Origin: Camelus dromedarius
Taxonomy: Eukaryota
DNA length: 64,000 nt
NCBI RefSeq assembly: GCF_036321535.1
Contig: NC_087437.1
Coordinates: forward strand, 75,580,001-75,644,000
Direction: 5' to 3'
Both the position numbers and the translations under genes were made by a program. The notes under the pieces were generated by a model. It saw only the letters and a list, made by a program, of their open reading frames with translations, was not told where the DNA came from and ran no database searches. This document shows positions 50,561 to 63,290 of the stretch, one piece after another; position 1 is the first letter of the stretch; every line of letters begins with the position of its first letter.

Positions 50561-53500
50561 ACTTCATTCATTGAACCTAGGGGAATTGTCTTCTTAAAAT
50601 GATCAATCTTATTAATCTCCATCAGAAGAATGATTTTTTTCAAGTCAAGGGTTTTTACATAGAAACCAAGTAATTATTAGTAATATTTATTTCTACTCCC
50701 CAGAAATAAGGAAGAGCAGCAAGTGTGAAATCAGTTTTCAACTAAACCTTACCTAGGCCCTTTTTTCAATTATGCAGTATTTATTCCTAAAAGATTATGT
50801 ATTATAATGATTTAATATTAGGCATTTAATGCAATGAACAAATGTTCTATCATGCTTTAATGCCCTGTGGATATTGTAATTAAAATTTTGATTAATGACT
50901 TAAATAGATTTTTTCCAAAGTATAATTAAATATTTCCTGCTTTGTTGTTTTAAAAGATAGTTGGCTAGGTATCCCCTTCATTCCACCAAAATGTCTTTAG
51001 TCATTATGTAAATCTCCAGGTTCATTACAAGGAATTTAGATAAAGAGATTATTTTTTATTTAAGGCTTTGTAAGTACCACAGCATGTGTTTCTAATTATT
51101 TCAAGTCTTTGATTCACTAAACTGCTTTTTTACATCTTTCAGTGTCCCACTTTCTCAGGTTGCAGTTGTAAAAAAAGAACCTTAAACTTCAAATTTCAAC
51201 TCCAAGCAATTGGATTTTGTTTTAATGTAAATAAACCAAACAGGTGTTGCCTGGTGTAATTCACAGCAGGAAACCTTTTGGGAAGAGTCTGAGCTAAGGA
51301 TGGAATCATTCAGTAGTCTTGAGCCCTTGGGCTTCTAGTCACTGTGAGAGCTAAAACCTAAGAGGGAACAGAGACCTTCATTCATCCGCAGGTGGAATTC
51401 CATTTAAATGAACCTGGAGGGACCACAGAATTGCTGTATTAGATCTAAGTCTCTTCAAACTGGAAGCCAAATCCTGCAGAAGTGTGCATGAACGGTCGGC
51501 TTTCCCTTTTTACTGATGTAAACAAATCTGTATCTGGAAGCAGTAGAGGGTATTTTTTTCAATCCAGAGCTGTGGAGACAGTAACTTGCTTTGACCTTCT
51601 GCCATCACTGTGTTTGGATGCTGTGTCACTGTGTTTGGATGCTGTGTAAGAAGAGTGTTAATAAAATTTAGCTTTCTAAATATTTCTGACTTGTAGGGAT
51701 TTGTAAATTGTTACAGTTTGGGAATATAAAGAGCATTTCTTAAGACTTGTACTCTGGTTGCTGGATAGGCAACATTGATAGGATTCTTGCATTCATGAGC
51801 AAAAAGGTATAGTACATTCTGTGGGCTAGGATCCAGGAATACATTTCACATATATATTAGTAATAAAATTGGATTCTGCCTATCATTTGAATAATAAAGA
51901 AACTACATTTATAATTCTTACAGATTTTCTGGTAAGCAGACTTTTTGTTGAAAAAAATCCACAAAGTTTAAAGCAAAATAAGGCAGCAAATTTTTAAAAA
52001 TCAGCTTTTATAATTACCAGTAACAAATGTAAATACAGGTGGCAATAAGTTGGTCTCCATGAGGCTCCGTGCAGGAGTAATAGCTCCAATTACTGTCACA
52101 AATGTTTGCAATTGTATCTATTGCTGCCAGACAATAAATGCTTTTTAATATAGTAAGGCTATAAATGTACATGCTGCTGTTGTTTAAACAAAATACAATT
52201 TTCAGCAAATTTATCCTTGAAACACCTGCTATAATCAAAAAGAGGTGAATGCTATCAAAATAAACTGCCTAAATTAACTAGACACACATACATTTTTAGA
52301 GCAGCCTGCGTGATTACTCAACTGCCACATCGTCTCAGCAAATAAGGGGAAATATTCACTGATGGACTTTTACAGGCAAGTGTTCTTTAAGGGAGACTAC
52401 ACAAAATAGAACAATGTTTTGGATTTTTGTATTATTCTTAAAACATGGTGTTATTTGGTGGATTTAAAATTGTATTCTCAAGGTCAACTTTTTTTTCCTT
52501 TGTAGTATGTGGGTCATGGACAGATATCAGAGTGGTTGGAGTGAATACTATGCTTAAATTAGACATTTGAAAATACTGCAAAGGGTTGGAGAAAAACCCA
52601 GCCATCCTTAAGCAACTGGAAATGATTTTTAGCTGCTTTTGTCACAGTCTTGTTGAACATTCAGGATATTCGGTGCTTAAAGTTAGTTGATGATGCCGTC
52701 CTTCCTATTTACCCTGAGTGTGATAAATGTTTCAACTTGATCCAAAAGGTTTCATTTATCACAGGTTGAAATAGGAGAGCAAGAGTTTTTGACTTAGAAA
52801 TTACCATTTGCTCTAACTAAAGCACATCTATAGTGGTAACAGATTTTTTAGGAAATAACCAGTAAAGACTGCATGTCATGTAAATGCTCCAGAGGGAAGT
52901 TACTAATGCCTCAAGGCAGTTATACCTCAAATAGACATTTGTGATTGAGAGCATTGAGTTAATAATACACATTGATTGTAATTGAAATTTCTGGACGGCC
53001 TAAATATTTCATTATTGCAAAGTATAATTTAATGTTTCCTTTTAATTACTTAATATAAAAAATGAATTGAAGCAGAAACCATCTATCATATGGACCTTCC
53101 TGTAAAATGTACTTTTTAATTGGCTTTTTCATTTATTTTTTTCAATCAACAGTATTAGAGTAGTTCTCACTATCAGAGTGTTTTATTGCAAATTTCTTAA
53201 TATTTGGACAAATTTTTACATCTATAGTCTTTATCCCATTACATTTGATTGTTTCTTTATGCTAAGGTAATGATTTATGTTTCTTAGTTCTTCAAATGTA
53301 CAGATGACTTATCTTTTCAGTTGTTTGTTTTTTGAGTATCAGTATGAGATCAAAGCTTTGATTAGTAGATTCTTGAAGTTGAGAGGGACTGGCTAGGTCA
53401 TCTCTCCCACCATGGTTACTCAGCATCCTGTGAAATAATTACATTCTGAATCACCCTAAGTGTGTTCCTGCATTCTCAGAAGGGCCCCATTCACTACCTT

Positions 53501-54150
53501 GCCAAACCTCTTCTCAAGGCTTGTAAAGTCTAGAAACCCTCACTCAGAAGATTTGTGCGGCCTTATAAAAGGGGTGTGGGTAGAGTACACATGAATAATA
53601 AGTCTGAGTCAACATATGAAAATGCTTAGTAGCAGATGGTAGTCAGTAAAGATCATCTCTGAGCACATGTTAGAAATGTAATTATTTAACTAACAAGGTA
53701 TTTTATGGAGAGATTATGGATCTCCAGTTTCAGTTCAATTACAGGCAGGTGTGAGAATACCAGTGATTGTTATGATAGCCTTTCTGTACCCTCTAAGCAC
53801 TGTCTTATTTTTCTCTACAAGAGGAATATCTAGAAAGCAGGAACTTTCCTAAGGAAACACATATTTCCAGCATGGTTCCCACACCCCCTGCAACAAATAC
53901 ACACATACAACATACACCACACGTACATGCTGAACTCTCCCTAAGTCATATGTTTAGTTCTCTGAAAACTTGCAGAGAAAACTCATGCTGTCACACCACA
54001 AAGACTTTAAGCTGCTCACAATTAAAGAAGAATGTCACGTTCAAAACTTCAAGAAAGCCATATTCTGCAATTATCCTGCAAACTGATAGATATTTTTCAT
54101 TAAGAAAATAATTTAATTTCATGAAAAAGTTATTTAATTTAATGGACAGT

Positions 54151-54151
<1 letters not shown>

Positions 54152-54218
<67 letters not shown>
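54152..54218. repeat. Compound microsatellite (CT)n(CA)19
   Basis: CT run to 54180 followed by an uninterrupted CA run 54181-54218. Confidence 0.97.
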
Positions 54219-54220
<2 letters not shown>

Positions 54221-54859
54221 TACATATATAAATGTGAGCAGTAATGAAGCTGAAAATTAATATAACAATTAAAACAAGAAGAGATTGCAAAGCTGCTTGT
54301 GCAAAGTGGCAAAAACAGAGAATACAGAAAATGTTCTGTCATTAGAGAGGGAGTATTCTGGGTGGAGGAAGAAAATAATTCACTCTCACATCCTTGCAGA
54401 AAGCATGATAAATTATTGACCTGTCCCGGAAATATTTGCTACAGTGAACTCAGACATATGCAGCTCCTTCTATCAAGCAGTCTTCCCTGCCTCTTTCACT
54501 TCACCTGACTTCCTGCCTTCATATTTCCAATTTTATTATTGACCGCGGATGAAGCATTAAACATGTCACAGGAACGTCAGTATTCCACATTAAAATCTTG
54601 AGACTGATCACTTTGGGACTCCAGCTCACACTTGGCCCTAGCTTTCTACCACTGCAGCTACAGTTATCATTTCAATAACTAGGTCTGTCTCCTTATGGTA
54701 AAACAGAGTTGAATTGTCCAGATCTCCTTACAAGCAAACACTTGCTGCCCAGCCACAGTGAGTGCGGTCAGCAGACAACCTCCAGCTGTCTGCTCCTCAG
54801 AGAGCTGCCCAACCCAAGGTCATGCCCCTCCAGAGTAGCCCGCATCTGGCTTATGTGAG

Positions 54860-56630
54860 TTGTTTATAGTTTTCAACTAACATATGTAATGCTTATTTGA
54901 AAATTCTTATATAGGTCTTTTGGTAAACATAAGTACGCACTTCTACTGCAGCTTCTACTAAGAATGGAATTGCTACGTCATGGTGTATGCATATGTTCAG
55001 CTTTAGCAGACCCTGCCAAATAGATTTTGAAAGTGGTTATATGAATTTATACTCCTTCTAGCAGTGGATGAGAGTTCCAGTAGCTCCCCATCTTCATCAA
55101 ACATTCAGTATTGTTTTAGTCTTTTTAATTTTATTCATCATGGTAGGTATGTTGTGATGTCTCACTGTCATTTGATGACTAATGAAGTTGAGCCCCTTTC
55201 CATATGTTTATTTGACATTTGGATATTCTCTTTTGTCTTTTGCTATTGGGTTATTTGCTTTTTATTTTGATTTGTAGAAGTTCTTTATATACCCTGGACA
55301 TGAGACCTTTTCCAAATACATGTATTGCAAATATCTTCTTTAGCTTCCCTTTTCCCTCTTATTGATGTATTTGATAAATGGTGATTTAATCTTAGTATGC
55401 TCAAAATGCTCTATTTTAGGGGGAGGGGAGTATGGCTAATATTTATGTTTAAGAATCTTTGCTTCCTCCAGTGCTATGAAGATATTCTCCTGTTTTCTTC
55501 TTGACACTGTGTTGTTTTATCTTTAGCATTGAGATCTACAATCCATCTAGCATTTATTCCTGTGTGTAGTATGAGGGTGTGAGGTGTAAGTTAAGATTTA
55601 TTTGGTTTTCATATGTATATGCAACTGACCAGTTTATTGAAAAGGTTATACTTTTACCAGTACACTACTTTGTCATAAAAAGAGAGCATGTGTGTGTAGG
55701 TCTGTATCTGGACACTATTTTATTGCATTGGTCTATTTGTTGCTATCTGATTCTATTGAAAATGATACCTTTTAGATTTTATTTTCTGCTTATTTATTGC
55801 TGTTATGTTAAAATAGTTCTCTTTGTGTGTGTATCCATCTCCAGTGAGCTTGCCAAATTCACTTATTTGTTCTGACTGTAGGCATGTAGATTCTTTTGCA
55901 TTTTCTGTGTATACAATTATATCATCTGCAAATAACATCAGTCTTATTTCTTCCTTTACAAGCCCTATTCCTTTTACTTCCTTTATTTTGCTTGAAATGC
56001 TGATTAAAAACCCTCGTCTATGTTGGATGTAAGCGGCATTAGCAGGGGGAAAGCTTTCAGTATTTCAGTTTTACCATTAAGGGTGATGTTAGCTTTATGA
56101 CTTTTATAAATGTCATAAGGTAGGTTAAGGAATTTCCCTTTTGTTCCTAATTTGCTGAGTTATTATGAATGGATGTTAAGTGTTTTCAAATGGTTTTTTT
56201 CTTCATCTATGAAGATGACCATTTGATTTATTTCCTCTTTTTTTTCTTTTGTGTTATGGTGGATTATAATGATTGATTTCTAAAGTATTAAACTAACCTT
56301 GCATTTTGGAATAAATGCAGCTTAATCATGTTATATTATATTTTTGTATATTACTGAATTCTATTTGCTGATATTCTGTTGAGGATTTTTATGTCTATGT
56401 TTACAAAAGATACTGATCTGTAATACTTCTTGCATTTTAGGTGTCTTGGTCAGGTTTTAGTGTAATGCTGCGCAGTTCTCATGAAACAAGTTGGTAATTG
56501 CTTTCTCTTTTTTTTCTGTTCTCTGGTAGAGTTTTATGAGGTGATTGTTATTTCTTTCTTAAATGTTTGAGAAAATTCACTGATAAAGCCATCTAGGTCT
56601 GGATAGTTCTTTGTGAGAAAGTTTTTAATT
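54860..56630 (-). mobile_element. Old L1 ORF2 fragments (L1M-type), antisense
   Basis: ORF 55753..55938(-) contains LFADDIIVY.EN (the L1 RT FADD motif). Many stops and deletions. Confidence 0.85.
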
Positions 56631-57670
56631 GCATATGTTTATCCCAAAATGTTCTAAATGTATTTTTCATTATACAGTTGATATATAAATATATTCTTAT
56701 AAAAATTCAAATATTACAGATAAAACTAAAGTCTCCTTTAACCATCACCTCATTGAAATTTTTAGTTATGCTTTACTACATTTCGTCAGGGTGATTATAT
56801 GCTATGATTTAGTGGTCTGTTGAGTTCAGGCTCTACCACTGACTTGCCTGTGTGAGCTTGGGCAGTCTGCTTTAAAGTAGCTATGTCTCAATTTCCTTAT
56901 CTTATTTAGTGAAGTATTTAAGGGAATTGTATGTGATGATGTAGGGACAGTGCTTAGCAGAGAGCCTGACATATACTAAGCATTCCTTGAATTTTAACAG
57001 TGAGGTTATTATTAGACTTAAAAAGATCTAGAATGGATATGACCATTGAGAGACTGTTCTGTACCCACAGAAGGAGATAGAAAAGGTTTCTGAGTAGCCA
57101 AAATAGGTATTACAAAATACCTATTTATGGAAGAGTCCAATGAATTCTCCTTCAGAATTTAGATTTTAGAGATTTTTCACGAGGTTTGTTATCCAGATTG
57201 TCCACAGCAGATCAGAAGCAACATACCTACTGTAATATCTGTGTTTTAAGAGAACACCAAGCTAAGAAACATTTAATATACAAACTTGAATTGGAAATTG
57301 TCAGAGTTGCTTGTGCTCCTTATTGAAATTGGGTGACAAAGTAAGGAAATGAAAGAGTCGGCTTTGTGTAATAGAAAAGCTCAGTGAGAGAAGGGGCATC
57401 AGGTTTCCTAATCATTCTGTGATTGACAGTGTAAAAATCACACAACCTCAATTTGTTATTCAGTCTGTGAAATGGAGGCACATAGGATTTCCTCCCCAGA
57501 GTGAGCCTGAAAATCCCTAGAGAAAGTGAATTCAGAGGTGAAACAAAGGCCGAGTAAGAAAAATAGGGTTAGGCACCTTTAATGGACAGAGCCCATGAAA
57601 GCCCTTGTAAATATTTTTATATTCACTAAGATAAAACTGCAAAAATAGAACATTGAATTAAGATTTAGTA

Positions 57671-57796
57671 GGGTGAGGGTATAGCTCAGCAGTAGAGTGC
57701 ATTCTTAGCATGCACAAGATCCTGGGTTCAGTCCCCAGTACCTTGATTAAATAAATAAGTAAACTAACCTAACTACCCCCCTCCCCCCCAAAAAAA
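57671..57796 (+). mobile_element. tRNA-derived SINE, camelid Vic-1-like
   Basis: GGGTGAGGGTATAGCTCAGCAGTAGAG (A box) ... CCTGGGTTCAGTCCCCAG (B box), then an AATAAA-rich segment, a C-run and an A tail. Confidence 0.75.
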
Positions 57797-58989
57797 GATT
57801 TCATCAATAACCATTCATAACAGAATTGAGGGAGGAACAATAAGAACAGAGGAGAAAGGTAGGTTATACAGCAGAAGTAACATTTTGTGATAGAAAGCAG
57901 TTCAAGACCCATCAGAGCCTTGGGGCCCTGCTCCTGCCCTTTGGGAAGGGAGGGGCTGGAGCAAAAGGTGCCCTCGACCTGCCCTCGGACTGCTGGAGTC
58001 GGCTGTGCTTTGGCATGGCCTCTTCCTGAGCCCAGGGAAGAACATTCCAGTACACATGTTGGTGCCTTCCTCAGCTTCTCTATATCCAGAGTCCTTTGGC
58101 ACTCTGCCACTCCACACATAAAGCTCAAACTTGGGTGCAAAAAGACTGAGAGTTTGACATTTTACAAGTTGTAAATTAGTGAAACTTACATACAGATAAA
58201 AGTTCCATTTGCCATCCCTGGCTCATGTTCCAGGCTCTCTTTCGCCTGCAGTTTCAGAGAAGCGCTTTGAGCATTGAGTTGGAGATCCAGGCAGAGAAAC
58301 AAAATGTCTCTGCACATGCAGAGGAAATTGTCTGGGTGGTGTTCTGTTGAAGTAAAACCCAGAGATCCATACAGGTTTCCAGTCGCCTGAACAGCTGCAG
58401 CTAGCTCTCGTGCAGTTTGACTTACGATGTAATGTGAATCACCATCTGCAAATAGTCATCATAATTCTCCAGTTTCTGAAAAAGGGAGATATATTATACA
58501 GTGCTAAAGAATTTGGAGTGGGGAGGGGGCTATAGTTACAACAGTACCTTTGACAGAGAGAATTACATGTGAGATTTTGTAGGAAAGGATTTTTAAAACT
58601 AGGAAGTCTAAAGAAATGATATACTGTATCATTATTAGTTTTCTCATTTCCATAGAGAGAGGAAATGTGCTAGATTAGGTAGAAAACTCACTTCAGTAGA
58701 GATGAGAAATGATGCTTAATGGACACACTTAGAGCACTTTGGAACAGGTGACCAGTAAACTGCAGTGATCCATGTGGTCTCACTTGATATATAACAAAAA
58801 TAATTCTTGGTTTACCTTAGATACTCTTTGGCAGTTCATTTTATCACAAAGAAAAGCAGCATATAATTTGTGGAAAAGGCACTGATATGGGAAAATGCTT
58901 TTCACTTTCCAGACATGAAACTTTGGAAAGGTCATTTAACCTATCTGATTCTTATTGTTGTTGTTGTTGTTTTTTCCTAAAAATGATGT

Positions 58990-59370
58990 ATATATAGTCA
59001 GTTTTTCTGTATCACAGATAACCCTCAAATCACAGTGGTTTACAATAATAATAACACTTCTATTCTCATTCAAGATACACATCTGCTGATGTGTGGCTCA
59101 GCTGAGGCTCTACCCCAGCTGTGTTCCACGTTTCTTATTCTCAGAGCTGAAGGAGAACCCCTATGTGGAGCATGCATATTATCATGGCTGAAAGAAAGGG
59201 CAAGAGAGCTGGTGGATGCCTCTTACAGCTTCTGCACAGTCCTGGCCTAGGCCATGTCCTGCCCAAAGGGATTCACATGGCCAAGGCCAGCATCAGTGGA
59301 GCAGGGAAGTATACTCCTCCCACAACCAGCCAGCAAATCACATAACCCTCTCATAGGGAAGGATAGAGGG
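58990..59370 (-). mobile_element. MaLR LTR (MLT1J-like), antisense
   Basis: tagtcag...aaatcacagtggtttacaataa...cacatggccaaggccagcatcagtggagcagggaagtatactcctccca. Confidence 0.65.
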
Positions 59371-60689
59371 GAAGTGGGGATGAGATGTGAACTCAGTGCT
59401 CCAAACCCCTGCGAGTCTCAAATATGGAAAGGTACTTAAAAGTGCATTGTAACCTGATGGGTTCTCTCTTGTGTAAGAATTGCTATCATTAACAGTTCCT
59501 TTTACTATTACTTAGAGGATCAAATTCTTACATGTCATTAAAACCTATCAGATCTCCATTCTTACCACAAACCTTTGTAAAGTTTTTAACCATCTCAGTT
59601 GTAGTTGTAGTTTTTTTTTTAAGCTATGTATTTTGCCTTTTTATATTCATGTTTTTAAAGCATTACAAGTACAATCGTTTATATTCTATACTGTTAACTC
59701 TATTAAAAACCTTTCAAGAATATCCAGGCACCCAGAAGTTTTTGACTGTTTTTTCCCCTCGTGATTAAAAATGACAAAATTCTCTTATAGGAAATTTGGA
59801 AAATTTTGGAAGGATGAGGAAGAAATTTAAAACACCAATGTTCAAACCTCTGTCTTAATATACACATACAAATATACACAAATGTTAATTTATACTAAAT
59901 TGGACATACACTCTTTTGGCAATGTTTTTCCACATTACTATATGTTGTTAACATGCATTTTTACTGGCTGTGAAATGTTTTTTGAAAACATGAATCTAAT
60001 ATTTCAATATACAATATCAATGTATTTAAATGCAATCACATAGAATTATAAAATTCAGTAATAAAACAAACACAAACCCACTGCCCAACTTGAGAACTAG
60101 GCCATTACAACCCCCTGGAAGTTACCTATGTGCTGCCCTGCCACTGCCCTCCCCACCCTGGGTAACCATTGTCCTCTGGTTTGTGTATTGGCATTAGCTG
60201 CTGCCTCCTCTTCTTCTCTCTCTCTCTCTTTTTTTGGGGGGGTGGTTCATATACGCGTGTATCTCCCAATTGGTATCCTTGCGTTTTGCTTGGTTTTGAG
60301 CTCTATAAAAGTGGTATCATACTGCATTATTTTTAGGGATGAAATAAATATTACAAAATTAGTTTAAACTATCCTCTACTGTTAGATATTTAGAGAATCT
60401 TCTGCTGTTTTACACTGAATTTATACATTGATCTTTGTATGTATCCCCAATTATTTCCTTGAGAGTAATTTCTAGAGGTGAAATTGCTGGGTTAAAGGTA
60501 AGAACGCTTTTAAGGCTTTTTAAAAAATAGTTGTACATCAGGAAATGTGTCCATCTAGAAGATTTGTAATAAAACAAACATTTGAATTTGCCTGGCAGAT
60601 AATTATAAATCATTACTAGCTTTCCACTTTAGAAGGTAGTAAGAATACACAAATGTTCCAGTGGCTTTATCAGATTAAAAAGTCCAAAA

Positions 60690-61350
60690 CCAGATTCTTC
60701 CTCAGTATTTCTGACTCCCTGAAAACTGAGCTGTTCTTGCCACACTGTGATATTACTATCCTCTTAGTTCCTAAGACTAAAAAGCTTAAAGACGCCTTCT
60801 CTCTCCTTGCCTGCCTCCACTTCAGCCACCCTACCCTTCCCCTTCGTCAGTGCTCCAGTGCTGCTGGTCCATCCTGCAGTGTCCCTTGAATCCATCCTTC
60901 TCTCCCATTCTTACAGGCACTGCTCTAATTAACCCCTGCTAACCTGTCAGGTGGACCATGACACAGCCTCTTAACTGATCTGCTAATCAATCCTTCACCC
61001 TGTTACTTTCTCAAAACACAGACTTGTCTTTAAAACTGAAACCAGAAGTCTTTGATAGCTCTCCATTATCTACATGATAAAATCCACACTCTTTAATTAA
61101 AGCCCTTGATCTCATTTAACCTAGCTCTCCAGCTTTGTTTTCTTGTGATTCATCCTCCCCACCCCACCCACCCCAAGAGTTTTGTGTGTTATATTCTGGC
61201 CAGCTTGGGCTACTTGTTCCCTATTTATTTTCCTGTTTTTCCTTGTTCTTGTTACTCCCTCAGCCTAAATTACCCCTCCTCTCCCCCTCCTTTGTAGCAC
61301 GTTGAAATGCTGCTCCTGCTTCAGTTTTCCACTGAAATGCCAGCTCCTTC
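60690..61350. mobile_element. L2 fragment
   Basis: Pyrimidine-rich L2-like motifs (gaatccatccttctctcccatt, acagcctcttaactgatct, ataaaatccacactcttta). Confidence 0.55.
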
Positions 61351-63218
61351 ATGGAGTTTAACATCAATGGAAGTCATCATAGTTATACATAGATGAGTCA
61401 GGCATGTTTGCTTCTCTCAAAATACTTTAAATGTCAAAACATGAAAAAATATATTTTTTACATTTGCTGGGTGGAAAATAATGCTGGATAGAAAAAGCAG
61501 AACACAAACTATTTTAAACACATCAATTACAATAAATTTTAAAACTATATATAATGTATGTATAAATATATGTATATGTTTATACATTTATAAATATACA
61601 CATATATGTTTGTTTGCTTGTTTACTGACAGAGACCAAAAGGAATACTTGAGCTTGGTGTTTATTAAGCTTCTAAAATTATTTTTGGAATTAAGCAGGAT
61701 GAGTACTTTTTTAAAAATTTTATATAATGATAGTTATGTTTATTTTCTTTCATAGAGATGCTCGCTTGAGCTTAAGACAGGTTTCTATTTTGAGGCTTAA
61801 CCATATAAGGTCTAGTTGCAACAGGCCAGCCAGTTGCTCCTCCTCCCTATCTCAGTGTTGACTGGATGGATTGGAGGGGCCTGTTTCCTTGCCGTGTCTG
61901 TCTAGCCATAGTCATGGTCAGTGAACTGTCCCCTCAACTGTAAAATGAAGGCGTTGCTCTAGATGACTGTTAAATGGATAAGTAGAGGAGCTTTAAGTTC
62001 CTTTCCAAGCTCTCATATTCTGAGATACTTTCTGCTCATGAGACAGAAAAATACTTAAGGATAAAGGAATGTGCTGATTAATTCTCTGCTCCAGTACCTT
62101 CACTGGTGTCAAGCAGCCGGCTCCTCCTTTTGTTAACTCTGAACTGCCAAAACATCCTGGGTGGGAATTAGTACATTTGGCTTCTGATCCCAGTGCACCT
62201 ATCTGTGTGGCTTCGGGTGTCGCTGGGCCTCTGTTTGCCTATCTGTGTGCCCCCTTTCTGTCGCTGGGCCTCTGTTTGCCTATCTGTGCAGTGATAAAGG
62301 TCAGGCTAGGTGCTCTTTGGGGTTCTTTGCAGTTTTAATATAATTTTATAATTGGTATAAGTACCCAAGGATTTTTTTTACCCTATAATTACTAGCCCAT
62401 GTGTCAAATTTAAGAAATCAGTAGAATGGGACTATTCACAAGAGTTTTTCCTTCACAAAATAGTGTAGTTAGCAAAGTGGAGCTTCAAGGTATGAAAACA
62501 GGTATGTGTGACTGAAGGGTATCCTGGTTCCATCACTTACATCAGTTCACCTTAATATTTTTTATCTTCTGATGAGTATTTCTTAAGTCTTAAAATTGTT
62601 ACCTTTAGTAATGTAAACCAAAAAATTTTGAAGATCTCTTGTAGGAAATTAAAATATTGGAGTAGATTTCAAATATGCACACAAATTCAGATCTGTCTAC
62701 TACAATATATCTCAAATATATGAACTCTAATAATCATTGTAGACTTCCTTTCATGAAAAAGACACCAAAATTCTGAAGAAGAGGGCCCCATTTTAATTTT
62801 CAAGGGACAAACTAATATTTGATACATGATACTTGATTCCAGACTTGCTTCTGGCAAACATAATTGTTACTGTTTAAACAAGTATTTCTTTTCCAGTAAT
62901 TAGAATTTTTTTCATTTTGATGGGTAGTCATAAATATTAACCACCAGCAGTGCAGGGATAATTTATATTCAAATTGTCAGACATCACTCTGTGAACACAT
63001 AAAATAATTTACATTTATTTAGAACCTTTTATCCTAAAGTGCTCTACAAATATTTCTTTATAATCTGATTGCAGGCTATATATAGGACTCTCCCACCTGA
63101 AATGGGTAGCAACTAAAGTAATTAAGATAAAGGATACAACTTCAAAAAAGTAGAGGAAAGAAGGAAATGTAGTTTTTTTTTTTTAATATATGTTCCTATT
63201 ATGCTCTTATGCCTATAG

Positions 63219-63290
63219 GATTGGAGAATCCATGTTGACCAAATGCACCAACACAAAAATGGAATTGAATCTGCTCTAAAGGAGACCAAG
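63219..63290 (+). CDS. IFT57: IFT57 coding exon 7 (72 nt; DWRIHVDQMHQHKNGIESALKETK); gene continues past the window end
   Basis: Acceptor cctatAG at 63217-18, donor GTATGT at 63291, phase 0-0. Contains the conserved DWRxH motif. Confidence 0.96.

Noticed and set aside
57671..57745. tRNA gene
   Set aside because: A and B boxes are present but the cloverleaf is degenerate and it is followed by an AATAAA-rich/A tail, so it is a SINE.
61545..61610. AT-rich quasi-palindrome (similar at about 63470-63545)
   Set aside because: Self-complementarity is explained by degenerate (TA)n low-complexity sequence.
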